This document shows, piece by piece, positions 30,148 through 42,145 of a DNA stretch of 64,000 nt (within the stretch, counting starts at the first letter, position 1; every line of letters begins with the position of its first letter). The DNA lies in assembly GCA_032718475.1 (NCBI GenBank), contig JAUCBJ010005260.1, positions 14,424-78,423 of the forward strand, read 5' to 3'. A program made the translations under genes and the position numbers. The notes beneath the pieces are model-generated. The model did not search any database. It was not told the origin of the DNA and saw only the letters and a program-made list of their open reading frames with translations. The DNA comes from Nemertoderma westbladi (lineage: Eukaryota > Animalia > Xenacoelomorpha).

Positions 30148-33100
30148 TGTAAAACTTCCTTGATTCCGTAATATCGGTGATATATCAAGCAAATAACAAT
30201 AACAAATTGAGTTTATCAGTAGAATATCAAATATAACGATAAATAACTTTAATTCAATTATTAACACTTTTACTTTAGACCTTAGGCCTGTAATAATCAC
30301 CAGTCATTTAAACCTGACCAGAGATCAATGCCTCTGCATGGGCAATGTGACTTCTTCTGTCCAACAATAACAAAAGAAGAGTGAGTAAACCATAGAACTA
30401 ATCGTACTTATATATCAGCTTATCAGTAAGGAGCATAGCCAATAAGGCAATAATACAAGTTGGATATGCAGATAATGGCACTAGATGGCGTCAAACCTTT
30501 GATAATGCTTAAATCGATTGAAAGATAACCGATATTATAACGCAACCAACTTTATCAATAAGAATGGTGTAAAAAATAAAAATGGTCAACTCCGTTTTAG
30601 AGGCTCTCTTTAAGATTTGATACTCAGAAGATTCCGGGTTCCTGATCACAGCAGCGTTGTTTGAGGCCAAGAGGCCCAGCTTTTGGTGTAGCTCCTCCAA
30701 AACCTTGGTGGCTTGCACAGATTCACCCTGCAACTCCTGCAAATGTCGTCGCTGCATAATCCGTGATTGCTTGTTGTTGGTGGCTTCGTCATGCAGTTGC
30801 TTTAAATGCTGCTGTATTTGTTGCCACTGCTGTAGCTGCTTTTCTAATGCACGCTGATTTTGTTCGCTCACTATCTCTCATTGTTTATTTAATCGATTTA
30901 ATTCAAAATCAATATTATTTAATTGTTTCATTTTATTATTTACTGCCTCCTGCTTGGCTTGCAGATTTAATAAAGATTCATTCAATCTCTCCCTATAAAG
31001 GGAATCCTCATTCGCCCGGGCGACTTTGTCTATCACCCTGGTGGGCCTGCTATCCCTCACCGACTCAACCAAGCTGATGGACACAACCAGCCTGGAGGCA
31101 GCATAATGTCCTTCACGGGAGTCAATGATTTGGGACAGGCTTGGACCCAGGGTATGAGTGTTCAATGGGTGGGCATAGGCTGTGCTGGACATTCTATCGG
31201 CCAGTATTGGGATTGGTCACGCCTGTTTAGGGCGTACTGTAAGCGTAACTATTCTATATACTATAGAAGTTTTAGGATGTAAACAATCTGCCTGATTACT
31301 TTCTACAGTAGTTGTCGAAATACCAATGGGTGTTGGTTTGGGTCACCATAGCCACAGATGTTACATTCGGCTTAGAGGGATTTATTAATATACGGGGAAC
31401 AATATTTGAAGCCGTAAGAGCGGTGTTTATTGTTCTGAAAACATCACTATCAGAGTCAGTTCTAAGATCTTTAGTGTTTTTAACGGGATTAGCATGATGT
31501 TGAGGCGGCAGTTCTGGTAGACGATGACGTTCAGCCCGTTCCAAATGTCTTCCGCTTCTAGAGGTTCGAGATTTAACCGACGATTTATCGAACTCATCGG
31601 AGGATGTATAGCAACTAACTTCCTTGGTCTACCCTTGGGTACTTGGTCTACCCTACTTCCTTGGGCTACGGTTCTCTTCCAACTGGGAATCTGACTGTTG
31701 TTTTTCCAGCGATTTCATCTCCTCCACTATATTATCTTGCTGCTTTTAATCTGCATTCTCTTTTGCTGAGCCTGAAACTGGATTTCACATTCCTCTGCTT
31801 CCAGGTTCTGTTCAAGTTGATGTTCCTCCGCTTCCAGTTTATGATTATGTTCCTCCGCTTCCGCTTCCTGTTTGCATTTTTGTTCCTCTGCTTCTGCTTC
31901 CCATTTGCGTTTTTGTTTCTCTGCTTCCAGTTTGTGTTTGTGTTCCTCAGCTTCATGTTCGCGTTGCAAGCGTCCGTCCTCTCCCTGGTCTTGTAATTGT
32001 TTCAATTTATTTTTATTTTTCTCTAGATCCCGATCCATCAATAATCTCCAGTGATGTTCCATCTCCCGTTAGATATCGATATCCTTTAGGAGCCTTATAG
32101 TCTTGGGGCTGGATGGAGGGTGGCCACGAAGTCTTCTTATTAGTTCTTCTTCACCTACTTGTTTTATATTAACAATATAGTTATATACAATAGTTATTGG
32201 TTTTATATAACCTCCGAGGTGTTTACAGATTGCGTTTTCTTGTACCTTTTGAGTCTCGGGTTCAGTCTGTGTGTACCCTTCGACATCTCGGGTATCGATT
32301 AGGGATGGATGGACGGAATCCAGAACCTCAGGGTGAGGGGGTTTGCCTTAGAAGGAGTGGCAGGCGCGTGCCTATTGAGCTAATTTTATTATGTTGTTGT
32401 TAGCTGCAGTTTCTATTACTGCGGCTCCATTCCTGATGGCAGACTGATGGAAAGGCTGATAGAATTTTCCTGATGCGGATTATTCTCTCATTTATGTCGT
32501 AAAAGAGAGACGGAAGATGATCCCCTCAGGGTCTTCCCCACCTTACTAAGGTCGGTGGGATCGGCCTGTACCTTTAATGCTCTCAATTCATCAGGGGTGG
32601 CAGAATGCAAGGGGAAAAACTTATCCAAAGATGAATTAGTTGTAGTATCGCAATACTGATTGTTGCATTTCTGGGACTGACATGGACAGTATTTGGACCT
32701 TAGTCCCTTTCTCAGAGGCCCAGTATTGGTCAATGACCTTTAGCAGGCTGATTAATAAACCTGGGGAAGGGGCCATGAGTGGGTCCATTCCCGGTGGCAG
32801 GCTTAAACCTGTGGCTGTATCGACTTCCGTCCGGTTTAAGTCGGAGGTCGCAGCCACTTGCGGTCGGTCAGATTGTAATTCGAGGCCAGTAGTGGGTTGG
32901 TTTGTTCTGGTGACTGTGGGTGGTTGATTTAATTTTGACGGCATAATGGGGTTTCCTGCTTGATTCGAACTGGAATATTCGGGCTCGGGTAATTCTCTAG
33001 TCGGAGATTTGTCTGGGTCGGAATGAGCTGGTATCGCAGTCACGTCAAGGTTAGAGGTGCAATCGCTGTGGGAATTGTCTGAGGCGCTCTTGTTGATATT

Positions 33101-33382
33101 TGAACGATAAGACATTTAGTTAGATTTAATTTTGGAGAAATTTATTTTATATTAACCCTTTAAATAATTAGGCCTCCTTATGTTATGTTTATTATTGTTG
33201 TTTATTATAACAATATTAAGATGTTAGAAATAATTATTACGATGTCCAAATAAATAGCACGGAATTAAATTAAATTGATTCGGTCTACAATTTAATTACC
33301 AGTAAGCGATTAGTAAAAAGCCGGTAATTTATTTGTAAGAATATTCCATGATAAATATTCAAATTCACCACTTCACCACTTG
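30148..33382 (-). mobile_element. Decayed non-autonomous LTR element (gag-like coiled-coil remnants)
   Basis: Putative 3' LTR 30148-30601 (TGTAAAAC/GTTTTAGA ends) with a PPT-like tract. Broken ORFs at 32636-33115, 31727-32062 and 30509-31544. TGGTGA.. PBS-like sequence near 33370. Confidence 0.4.
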
Positions 33383-33594
33383 GAGGATACTATTCCGCTC
33401 TTATCACTACATGCAATACTACTTACCAATAGAGTAATGAATTACCTCTTATTGGGTTCTATGTAAGCTGTACAATGTTTTCCTATGGAGGGTAATACAG
33501 CCTACCTGATTGCAGCAGCCAACTGAGTGGGGGTAATAAGCCTAAGCTGTAGTCAATGGTTACACAGAGGTAGGACAAGACATGTGACACAATA

Positions 33595-36060
33595 TTGCTT
33601 GCAGAGACGACAAATAATTCCTCTCAAGAAATATATTGGTTTTGTAATATTACGCTGTCAGAGGTCCAAGTTGTAAATAATGGATCTGAGGGTGAATACT
33701 ACTGGTATTTGCAACGAGAGCTGACTCGGCAAAAAAGCACCCCCGAACCCCCCACTATGGATTACATTAGTAATGCGGAGGTCCGGCCACTAGAGGCCAG
33801 TGGAATTACCGGACACAATCGGCCTCACAGGCGTCAGTTATCTCCTGACCGGCTGCTTGTCTCACCCCCTACTGGAGAGAGAGAAGCCAACAATTCTTTG
33901 AGTCCCTTTCCTGATGACCTTTCTGGCCCAAACCCCAGGTCACCAGGGAGGCCAGATTGTGAGGGGGAGAGGGATTCTGGAGTTTGGGGCTACTCTCATG
34001 TTCCACCCCGACCAACAAAGCCATTGGTGAATCTGAGGCAAGTCACTAGACTAGCCTCAGTAAACACCCTAACACTCGGGTCCCCAATGCGACAAGGTGA
34101 GCTGACTACCTTGGCAGATAAGCTTTCACTTAGCGCAGTGGGTGTTCAAGAGCACACTGGATGCAGACTGGACAGACTGATGAGGTTCTGATTAAGGACA
34201 TGGGGGGCGGTTGGCGACTCGTCATCGCGTCAGCAGATGATAGTGGCAATGGTGGTATTGGTCTAATTGATGAATCCAACTGCACATGCAGCATTGGACA
34301 AAATAGACCAAATCTCTAACTGCATCATCCGTTGCCACTTCTCATGTTCTAGAAGACTGGCTAAGAAGTTTCCTAAGGTTGTTCTGATTGTGTGCTACTC
34401 TCCAACTAGTGTTGCCCCTGTAGAGGAGGTGGAAAATTTCTACCACAATCTACAAGCAGCTACTGATGAAGTGGATCAGCATGCATTCTTAACATTCCTG
34501 GGAAACTTTAATTCAAGTCTGCATCAATCACCTACATCGCCCTGGGTCTATAGCAATAGTGTCAACCGAAATTCCGTCCATCTTCAGGATTTTATCTCTG
34601 GAAATTGATTGTTTTCGGCTGGAACCCAGTTCAAGAAGCAAACTGGAAAGCTATGGACTCATAGTGGACCCAGTGGTCACAAGTCCCAGATAGACCATAT
34701 TCTGTTTCGTAGGAAGTACAGGAGCTCTATACAAGACTGTAATGAATTTACACTTCGACCCTTCTCCAGTGATCACCGCCTTATTGTGGCCAAGGTAAGA
34801 CTTAGTCTGCGTGCTAGCAGAACAACGAAATCTGCCTTGCCGCAGCATGACTGGTCCTCTCTGTTGCAACAGCCAAGTGTGAAATCCAGCTTCACACTAC
34901 AGCTGAGCAACAGGTATGAGGTTCTTGCCTCTGAGGTGGCAGATCACTGTGAGGGCTATACTGCCTTCACAGAAGCAGTTAAGTCAGCAGCTGCAGAAAC
35001 AGTTCCTGTATACCCTCGAAACAGGAAAAGGACCCCCTGGACTGACAACAAAATCCAGAAGTGCCGAAATGACCTATATAAGGCGCAGAAAGAGTCCCAA
35101 CTCAAACAGACTACAGCGGCCAAGAATGCAGTTAAGGCTGCATCTAGGTCCCTGAACAGGCAGTACTCTGTTAATCTACAGGAGCTAATAAACCAACAGG
35201 TTGATGCCATCAATGATGCTGACGACAGCAGGCAATCATCCCAGGCATGGAAATCGATCAACTTGCTTACTGGGCGGAAAAGCCAACCAACCACCAAGGT
35301 TAAGGCTGAATCACCAGCCGATCGCCTCAATGGTTGGAAGGCCCACTTTGAAAAGCTCCTCAATAATGACAGAGTATTGCCTGATAACTTTATAGAAGTA
35401 AAAGTGTCTGAGTCTGTACTCCCAGATATTCCCATTGGCGATATCTCCTTTGCAGAAGTGAAGGCTGCTGCAAAGAGCATTAAGACCAATCGTGCCAGTG
35501 GAGTAAATGGTGTTCCCCCTGAGGTCTTTAAAATACCTGAGTGTTTAAAGCTCATCTATCCCATCATAGTAGACATGTACCGTACAACAAGAGTCCCACA
35601 AGAAATGAAAACAAATAAGTTGGTGCCAGTTCCCAAGAAGGGCAACCTAACACTCTATGGTTCTTTTCGGGAAATCTCATTGATCTCGATTTCTGCAAAG
35701 CTATACAATAGAATTCTATTAAATCGCATCAGGGATCCCATTGAGAGACTGCTCCGTGGAAATCAGAATGGGTTCCGTAAAGGTCGTGGGACCATGGAGC
35801 CCATTTTGGCACTTAGAAGGATAATTGAAGAGTTATCAAAAAAGAAAGACAGGCATCTGGCTGTTATCTTTGTTGACTTCTTCAAGGCCTTTGATTCAGT
35901 CTCTCGCTCACGTATGTTCAGCATACTTTCATTATATGGGATTCCTGATGAAATTATTGCAGCAATCAGATCAGTATACGATGGAGTACTGTCAGAATCA
36001 CTGGCTCCTCAGCTCATTAGAACATGCTGCTTCTAGTGTTGGTCTTTTTATTAACTCCAG
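33595..36060 (+). mobile_element. RTE-like LINE, 5' part (APE endonuclease and RT), pseudogenised
   Basis: ASVNTLTL, GVQE, CYSPT, LGNFN, IDHILF, SDH; QNGFRKGRGT, FVDFFKAFDSV. Has frameshifts and a ~240-bp deletion at 35984 relative to copy 49188-50781. Confidence 0.92.
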
Positions 36061-36616
36061 CGCCAGAGTGGAAGTGTATCTGAGGCGGTATAAAACGATA
36101 TATATATAGTTCTGTTACATAGGCTTACTATATACTGATATATATGATTCAAGCAAGGGCATATCAGTTCACAACACAACGATAAGAATATATAGATATA
36201 TATGTATATATATAACACAAAGCAGGTAAAGTGTACCGGTACGTCAGTATATAGGTAGGGCAATGTATTGGCGGACGCCCGGCCAGGTAGGTAGGCTGGG
36301 TAGGCAGGTAATGAATACGTAGCGATACCGGTTGGTAGATACTGGCTAGATACTGGTACTACACGGCCAGGTAGATAGGCCGGGTTGCCGGGGAGACTGT
36401 CAGCGCGAGGTACGGTATCTGTACCTGACAGCCCGACGAGTACCGGCACTACTGTACTGCTGGAAGTGCAGACAGGCAGATAGCTGGACAGAATGGAGTC
36501 GGATACAGAGTCCTTTATCTCTAAGCCAGAATGAATAAGCATCCCGACTACTGACCGGTTCATCCTTCACCCCATATATCCACAGGCCATGCTAGACACC
36601 CATAGGGGGTCTGTCG
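36061..36616 (-). repeat. Gypsy 3' LTR
   Basis: Direct repeat of 63308-63863; about 13 substitutions and 2 indels counted by eye. Confidence 0.93.
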
Positions 36617-36638
36617 CAATCTCTTTCTTTCCCTTTAT

Positions 36639-36851
36639 AGTCTGTAAATGTATCACCATACGCATTCTACGAAATGGATATTATATCTATTATATCAATC
36701 TTTCAGTTTTCAAGGTGAGATACAATATATAACAAACAAAACGACAGTCTGTAAATGTATCACCATACGCATTCTACAAAATGGATATTATATCTATTAT
36801 ATCAATCTTTCAGTTTCCAAGGTGAGACACAATAATATAAAAAACAAACGT
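36639..36851. repeat. ~106-bp tandem duplication in Gypsy 3' UTR
   Basis: AGTCTGTAAATGTATCACCATACGCATTCTAC occurs twice. Confidence 0.9.
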
Positions 36852-36958
36852 TGACTATACGGCCGGCTTCATGCAGAGAGTTATATACTTCGCGTGTTAG
36901 TTTAGAAAGATACAAAAGGGCCTTCAGGTACACAATTAACCGCTGGTGCATTAGTGTC

Positions 36959-39484
36959 CTAGTAGCCATAATAATCCGGTGGTTTACGCTGTCGCTGGGG
37001 TCGAGTCACAGCCTCTGGTGTATTTGGCAGATCTGCCTGTTTACTTGGGCTGATTAACAGAGGATCACCATAATTACGAATGGGCACTGTGGGTTCTGGT
37101 ACTGGCTCATCAACATGGGTCATGTTCTGGGTTGGTGACTTGGAAGGTGGAACCTCTACAGTGATGCCTGGACTGAGTTCAACCTCATCATCGGATGAAT
37201 GTGTAGCATGGTTATAGGCATGCTCGTGTGGGACACGATGTGGGACAAGGACGCACTCCGTAAGTGGCACGCGGTAGGCTTGTGCCCATAATTGAGAACC
37301 AGTAAACTTTCGCACACTAAGCCAATCAATGTCTGCGGTAGACACGATATAACATGGGCGAGTATGTAGGTTAGGAGGGTCTCTGTACAAATATACAAGG
37401 TCACCAACAGAAATTGGTGGAGATTGATTTGGTTTCTTAGGACGAGGCACCTTAGATTGTGCACTGGACAAGTGGTTTGCCAAGCGTGACTGGTGTTGAT
37501 TGGCGATTAACTGGCTGTCGACAATCGGAAGTTGCTCACCAGTGTATTGGTCTCATTGATGGAACATTTCACGTGCAGATATGCCAGGAGACCTGATACG
37601 GGCATTTAAACGGGATACAGCTAGGGCGATAGACACGGCTGAATAGGGTCCACCGGATGGGTGGAGCTTTACAAGTTCTTCTTCTAACTCACGGATGGCA
37701 TGCTCAGCCACTGGGTTTTTATTGATGTTTTTCGGTCTCCCTAATTCAATGCGTAAATTATGGGATGTGAGTACATTTTCGTTTACATGGGCTCTAAATC
37801 CTGGTGCTGGATCAGTCCGAATAATCGTATGTGGGGCAGCTAAAGGACATAACCCGACACATAAAGCAAGGAGAGCATTGCGTATTGTAGTGTGACGTTC
37901 GTCGGGTATAATAGATGCTGTCGTATAGGATGAAATAGTTTCTTGTACAATTAGTATCAATTGGCGGTGACGCTTGATAATGTCAGCAGCGAGAGAGATG
38001 CCTATGACAGCAGGAGGATCCTCAGATGTCTGTGGCAAAATACGAGGTGGGGCCGATTGAAGGGCAGTTCATTGGGTACAGCCAGTGGTAGTTGCCTCTA
38101 TGGCACGGTCCATGTCAAGGGCGTGGAAATAACGCATTACTGACAGTCGGAGTTGTGACTTAGATGGGTGTCCTAACTCAAGGTGCAAAGACATGATTAG
38201 GCCGGCTAAAGCATGACGTGGGACAATAATGAGTTCCCGGGGGGCAGAGAAGTCAATGGAGCGGCGAACAACAAGTAAGCCATCAGAAGCAATAGTTGCA
38301 CAACCCAAATAGCGCTTAATATCGTGGATTGTCGTCTCTTTCTTGGATGGACGGGTTCCCTGTGACAGGTGCGCCTTTGTACGGCGGAGGTTGGTGCACT
38401 CCTGTTGCATGAGCAACCATGTAGAACGAGTTGTATATAATGGTCGTGGATTCTGTTTCTCGGTTGGGGTATCAGTCGACATTATTGCACGTACAACAGG
38501 TTCATTAGACAAATCAACAACAAAGTTGCAAATCTGGCAGCAACAGTCAGTGCAAGTAGGCGCATTTCGGCTCTGGAAATCGGCAGGTAAGTTGCGGGAA
38601 CCTGTAATATGGACAACGGTGAGATGGTGCTGACTGAGGGTAGACAAGAATGTCGTGAGACGAGGGCTAGCAGAGTAGGCTCCACGAACCAACTTGGCAT
38701 ATGCCTCCACACACGGCTTACTATCCGTTACCACATGTGATAATGTTAAAGACTGGGTCAGGTAAGGTGCAAAGTGGTGAACAGAGGATGCAATGACGAG
38801 TGCCTCTAACTCACATGGAAGCCAGATATGCTGGTGGACTCATAGTTTGGCTGAATAAAACCCACCCAGAAGAAGACGCGAGCCACGGCGAGCATATAAT
38901 ACTGCTCCAAGACCGTCAGTGCTAGATGCTGCGTCGGTCACGATAAAGATTTCGTCACTGGGATGAGGGATGGTGATGGTGCGGCAATTTTTCAATGATG
39001 CCTGGGCACATCGAAAGGCTGCAGACGTGGATTCAGTCCATGCCACAGGGTCAAGTGGTTGGCCATAAACGAGTTCGTCAAGTGGAACGATGAGTGCAGA
39101 ACATCGAGGGAGTACCTTGGAAAGAACCTTATATGAGCCTATGAAGGATCGTAATGAGCGGATGTTGTCAGGTGCTTCACATGTCGCAAGGGTTGAAACT
39201 ATGTGAGGGGATGCAGAGAGTGCTCCTTGGGTCCAACACCAACCAAGTATGGTTGTAGAGTTGGGACAAATGACGGTTTTATGAGGTGCTAGACGGAGGT
39301 TACATCGATCCAGGGCAGCGAGCATGGCAGCGAAGTTTACTGCTAATTCAGCAACTGACTCTCCCCCACAGTAGATGTCATCTGCGATTTTGGTAATGAC
39401 CCCTTCCTTCAAGAGATCACTAAAAACTCGGCACTTCTAATGCGGTCTCAGACCCCGGCATGCCCATGGCACATCGGTTGTATA
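36959..39484 (-). pseudogene. pol: Gypsy pol 3' part (RT C-terminus, RNase H, integrase) with stops and frameshifts
   Basis: AMGMPGSETAL, IADDIYCGG, IVTDAAS, VTDSKP, HLELGHP, IRTDPAPGF, NKNPVAE. Confidence 0.9.
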
Positions 39485-39873
39485 AGTAGTATAAGAAGCT
39501 ATGACACTGCGCCATGGTCACCCGTAGCCCATCATTACCATCCATTTCTACTCCTTCCTCCAATCAGAAGCCACCATTTCAACCATTAGCTGTGGTCATT
39601 ATTATTTCAACCAATCAGATGTCAGCATTTCATCCGTAATCATGGTAACTTCTCAAGTTCCCGCTTATTCCGCTAGAGGCGTTATTAGCCACCCATCGCT
39701 ACTCCTTCCTCCAATCACCAACCTTTATTTTACAGGTGTTCGGGTGTCTACACTTAGCATCAGGTAACTTCTACTATTTTTCAAATCGCTATTTTTCACC
39801 AACCATTGCATAATCATCTTCACATAGCCTAACCTCACGATGCAAGGCTAGCCCCCAACCTATCGCTACTCCT
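39485..39873 (+). repeat. Polinton left TIR
   Basis: Reverse complement of about 60315-60706. Confidence 0.93.
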
Positions 39874-40561
39874 TCCTCCAATCACCAACCTTTATTTTAC
39901 AGGTGATCGGGTGTCTACACTTAGCATCAGGTAACTTCTACTATTTTTCAAATCGCAATTTTTCACCAACCTTTATTTTACAGACGCTAGAGGTGTCTAC
40001 AGGTAACTTCTACTATTTTTCACCAGTAACTAAATTTAATTTTGCAATTTTTCAGATAACAAAATATTCAACAGGGTTCGAACTCGGGACCATTATAACT
40101 CCCCACATTTCTCCACTCACTCTCCCATCCAACCACAAGAGAAAAAGGCGATAAATATCCGAGTTATACCATACCCAATTCATCAACACTGGTAGCTGAT
40201 GTTTATAAATAGCTTCTAGTTCCTTATCATAATTACTATAGCATAGAATACATTAATTCGACTATTAATAATAATCGATTTCTTTTATCGATGTGACTGC
40301 TCGGACAACTAAGTTGAATAAGTTAGAATGACAGGGCTAGCATTGATCACGTTGCATCTGTTACATGTTACTGCTATTTCACTCTCTAACTCACGCTAAT
40401 GTAATAAATTTAGCTGTACACGTTGCATCTGTTACACGAAGCTACTATATTCCTCACTGTAAGTCACTATGTTGTATTAAAGCAACCATATAAACAGAAG
40501 TTTTATATTTTAATAATCATTTATTTAGTTTTTATTTTTCAAAATAGTTGTCATTCTAATT

Positions 40562-41605
40562 ATGGATTTATTTAAAAAAACTTCAAGCAATACTTGGAAA
40601 TTTACATGTAATAAATATACCTGTAGTATTGTTTATGGCAAGTACTTTATATTACACTCAAGCGATAGCAATGTAACAACGTGCTTCTCTTACCTGGATA
40701 CACTCTATCTTCTAGACGTCTTAGAAATATTAATCAACCGACAAAAGGAATCACCAGTTTCAAGAGGTAATATTTATCCTAATATAGAATTTACAAGAGG
40801 AAAGTTAAATATTTCCACCTGTGTTATTACTGAAAACGTATATATTCAGAAGCAAGGCAAATGTCAAATTCTAAACAAATCACTCATTAATTTATTGCTT
40901 CAGAGTAAGACAGAAATATTAGAATTGTTATCACCACCACTCGAAATAATAAATCAGTGTTCTGTTGTTAATTTAACCAACCCATCTTTTGTTGGTTTTG
41001 TAAGCAAATATAAAGGAACGACTTATATGGGACTATGGGAGATTTCAGCTAGATATTCTGATGCTATTGGTCTTAGGTATTATAATGGGTTTAACTTAAC
41101 AGCATCGGAAGTAAATTCATTGTGGTATGAATGGAATTATGAAATTAGTAACGAAGGTGTCTTTTCAGAGCTAGATACGGGCGATAAAGCTTTATCTGAC
41201 CTACTTAAAGTAAAAATAAATGTACAAGAAAAAAAAGTAATTATTACAAACAAGGAAAACAAATATTTACAGTTACATTACGATAAAGACATACCACATA
41301 TAGAGTTTCTCTACGATATGATGTTAAAGGTTTCATCAACTGATATAGCAGACGGTTTCGCGATTCTATATCAACCAACTTGGAAGTTTAAGGTTAATAA
41401 GTCATTTCCAGAAGTAGTTTCATCCACATTTAATCCAAAGACATACATCGAAGAGACATCGAGTGATAGAAAGCGCAGATCTACATCTCAAACATCTTCC
41501 ATTCCCAACAATGATTCTATACCTACAAAGAAAATAAAAGTTACAAAAGCAAGTGAAGAGGTAGCAGATTACAATAAGGAACATATAAAAACAGTATCAG
41601 ATTGA
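40562..41605 (+). CDS. Polinton ORF (347 aa) with PC4-like segment
   Basis: VSKYKGTTYMGLWE...GFNLTASEVNSL resembles the PC4 V..F.G..YI.IRE...GI.L...E...L pattern; tentative. Confidence 0.5.
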   Translation: MDLFKKTSSNTWKFTCNKYTCSIVYGKYFILHSSDSNVTTCFSYLDTLYLLDVLEILINRQKESPVSRGNIYPNIEFTRGKLNISTCVITENVYIQKQGKCQILNKSLINLLLQSKTEILELLSPPLEIINQCSVVNLTNPSFVGFVSKYKGTTYMGLWEISARYSDAIGLRYYNGFNLTASEVNSLWYEWNYEISNEGVFSELDTGDKALSDLLKVKINVQEKKVIITNKENKYLQLHYDKDIPHIEFLYDMMLKVSSTDIADGFAILYQPTWKFKVNKSFPEVVSSTFNPKTYIEETSSDRKRRSTSQTSSIPNNDSIPTKKIKVTKASEEVADYNKEHIKTVSD

Positions 41606-42145
41606 TTTATTATTAACTAGAGACTTTTCTTTTTCAGTTTCACATTGACTTGTAAAGGTAACTTTTTATCACAAAGCGTGATTATTATAAAGTATTTACA
41701 TGTAAAGGTGACTTTATTGAGTAAATATTGGTGATAGTTTATATTTAGGTATAAAACATTCGTATGTAAATGCGTGAGTTTACACCACCTTAATAAAACA
41801 TTAGCATGTAAAACCTACTTTATCAATGAAAATTAAAAACGCATTATGCACATCTTGACAGACTTGATTTTATTATAAAGAATTCAGTTGTAAAAGCAAC
41901 TTTATTTATGATATTAGTTCCCAATGTAACTGTTATTTATGATTGGTTGGTATAAATAGAAACTTGAAATATACATATAAAGAGCTCAACTGATTCAATC
42001 GAGCTCATTCTGAAAATATTAAATTAATTAAAGTTTAGATATTATATTTTATTTGTGTTGAGTAGCTTATGAATTTTTTTTGATTAAATATATATATATA
42101 ACAATATTCATATTAATTTTAAATTGTTTTTAGGATAATAAAGAG

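Noticed and set aside
36051-36563. 170-aa ORF
   Set aside because: Lies within the Gypsy LTR and is broken by indels in the other LTR copy.
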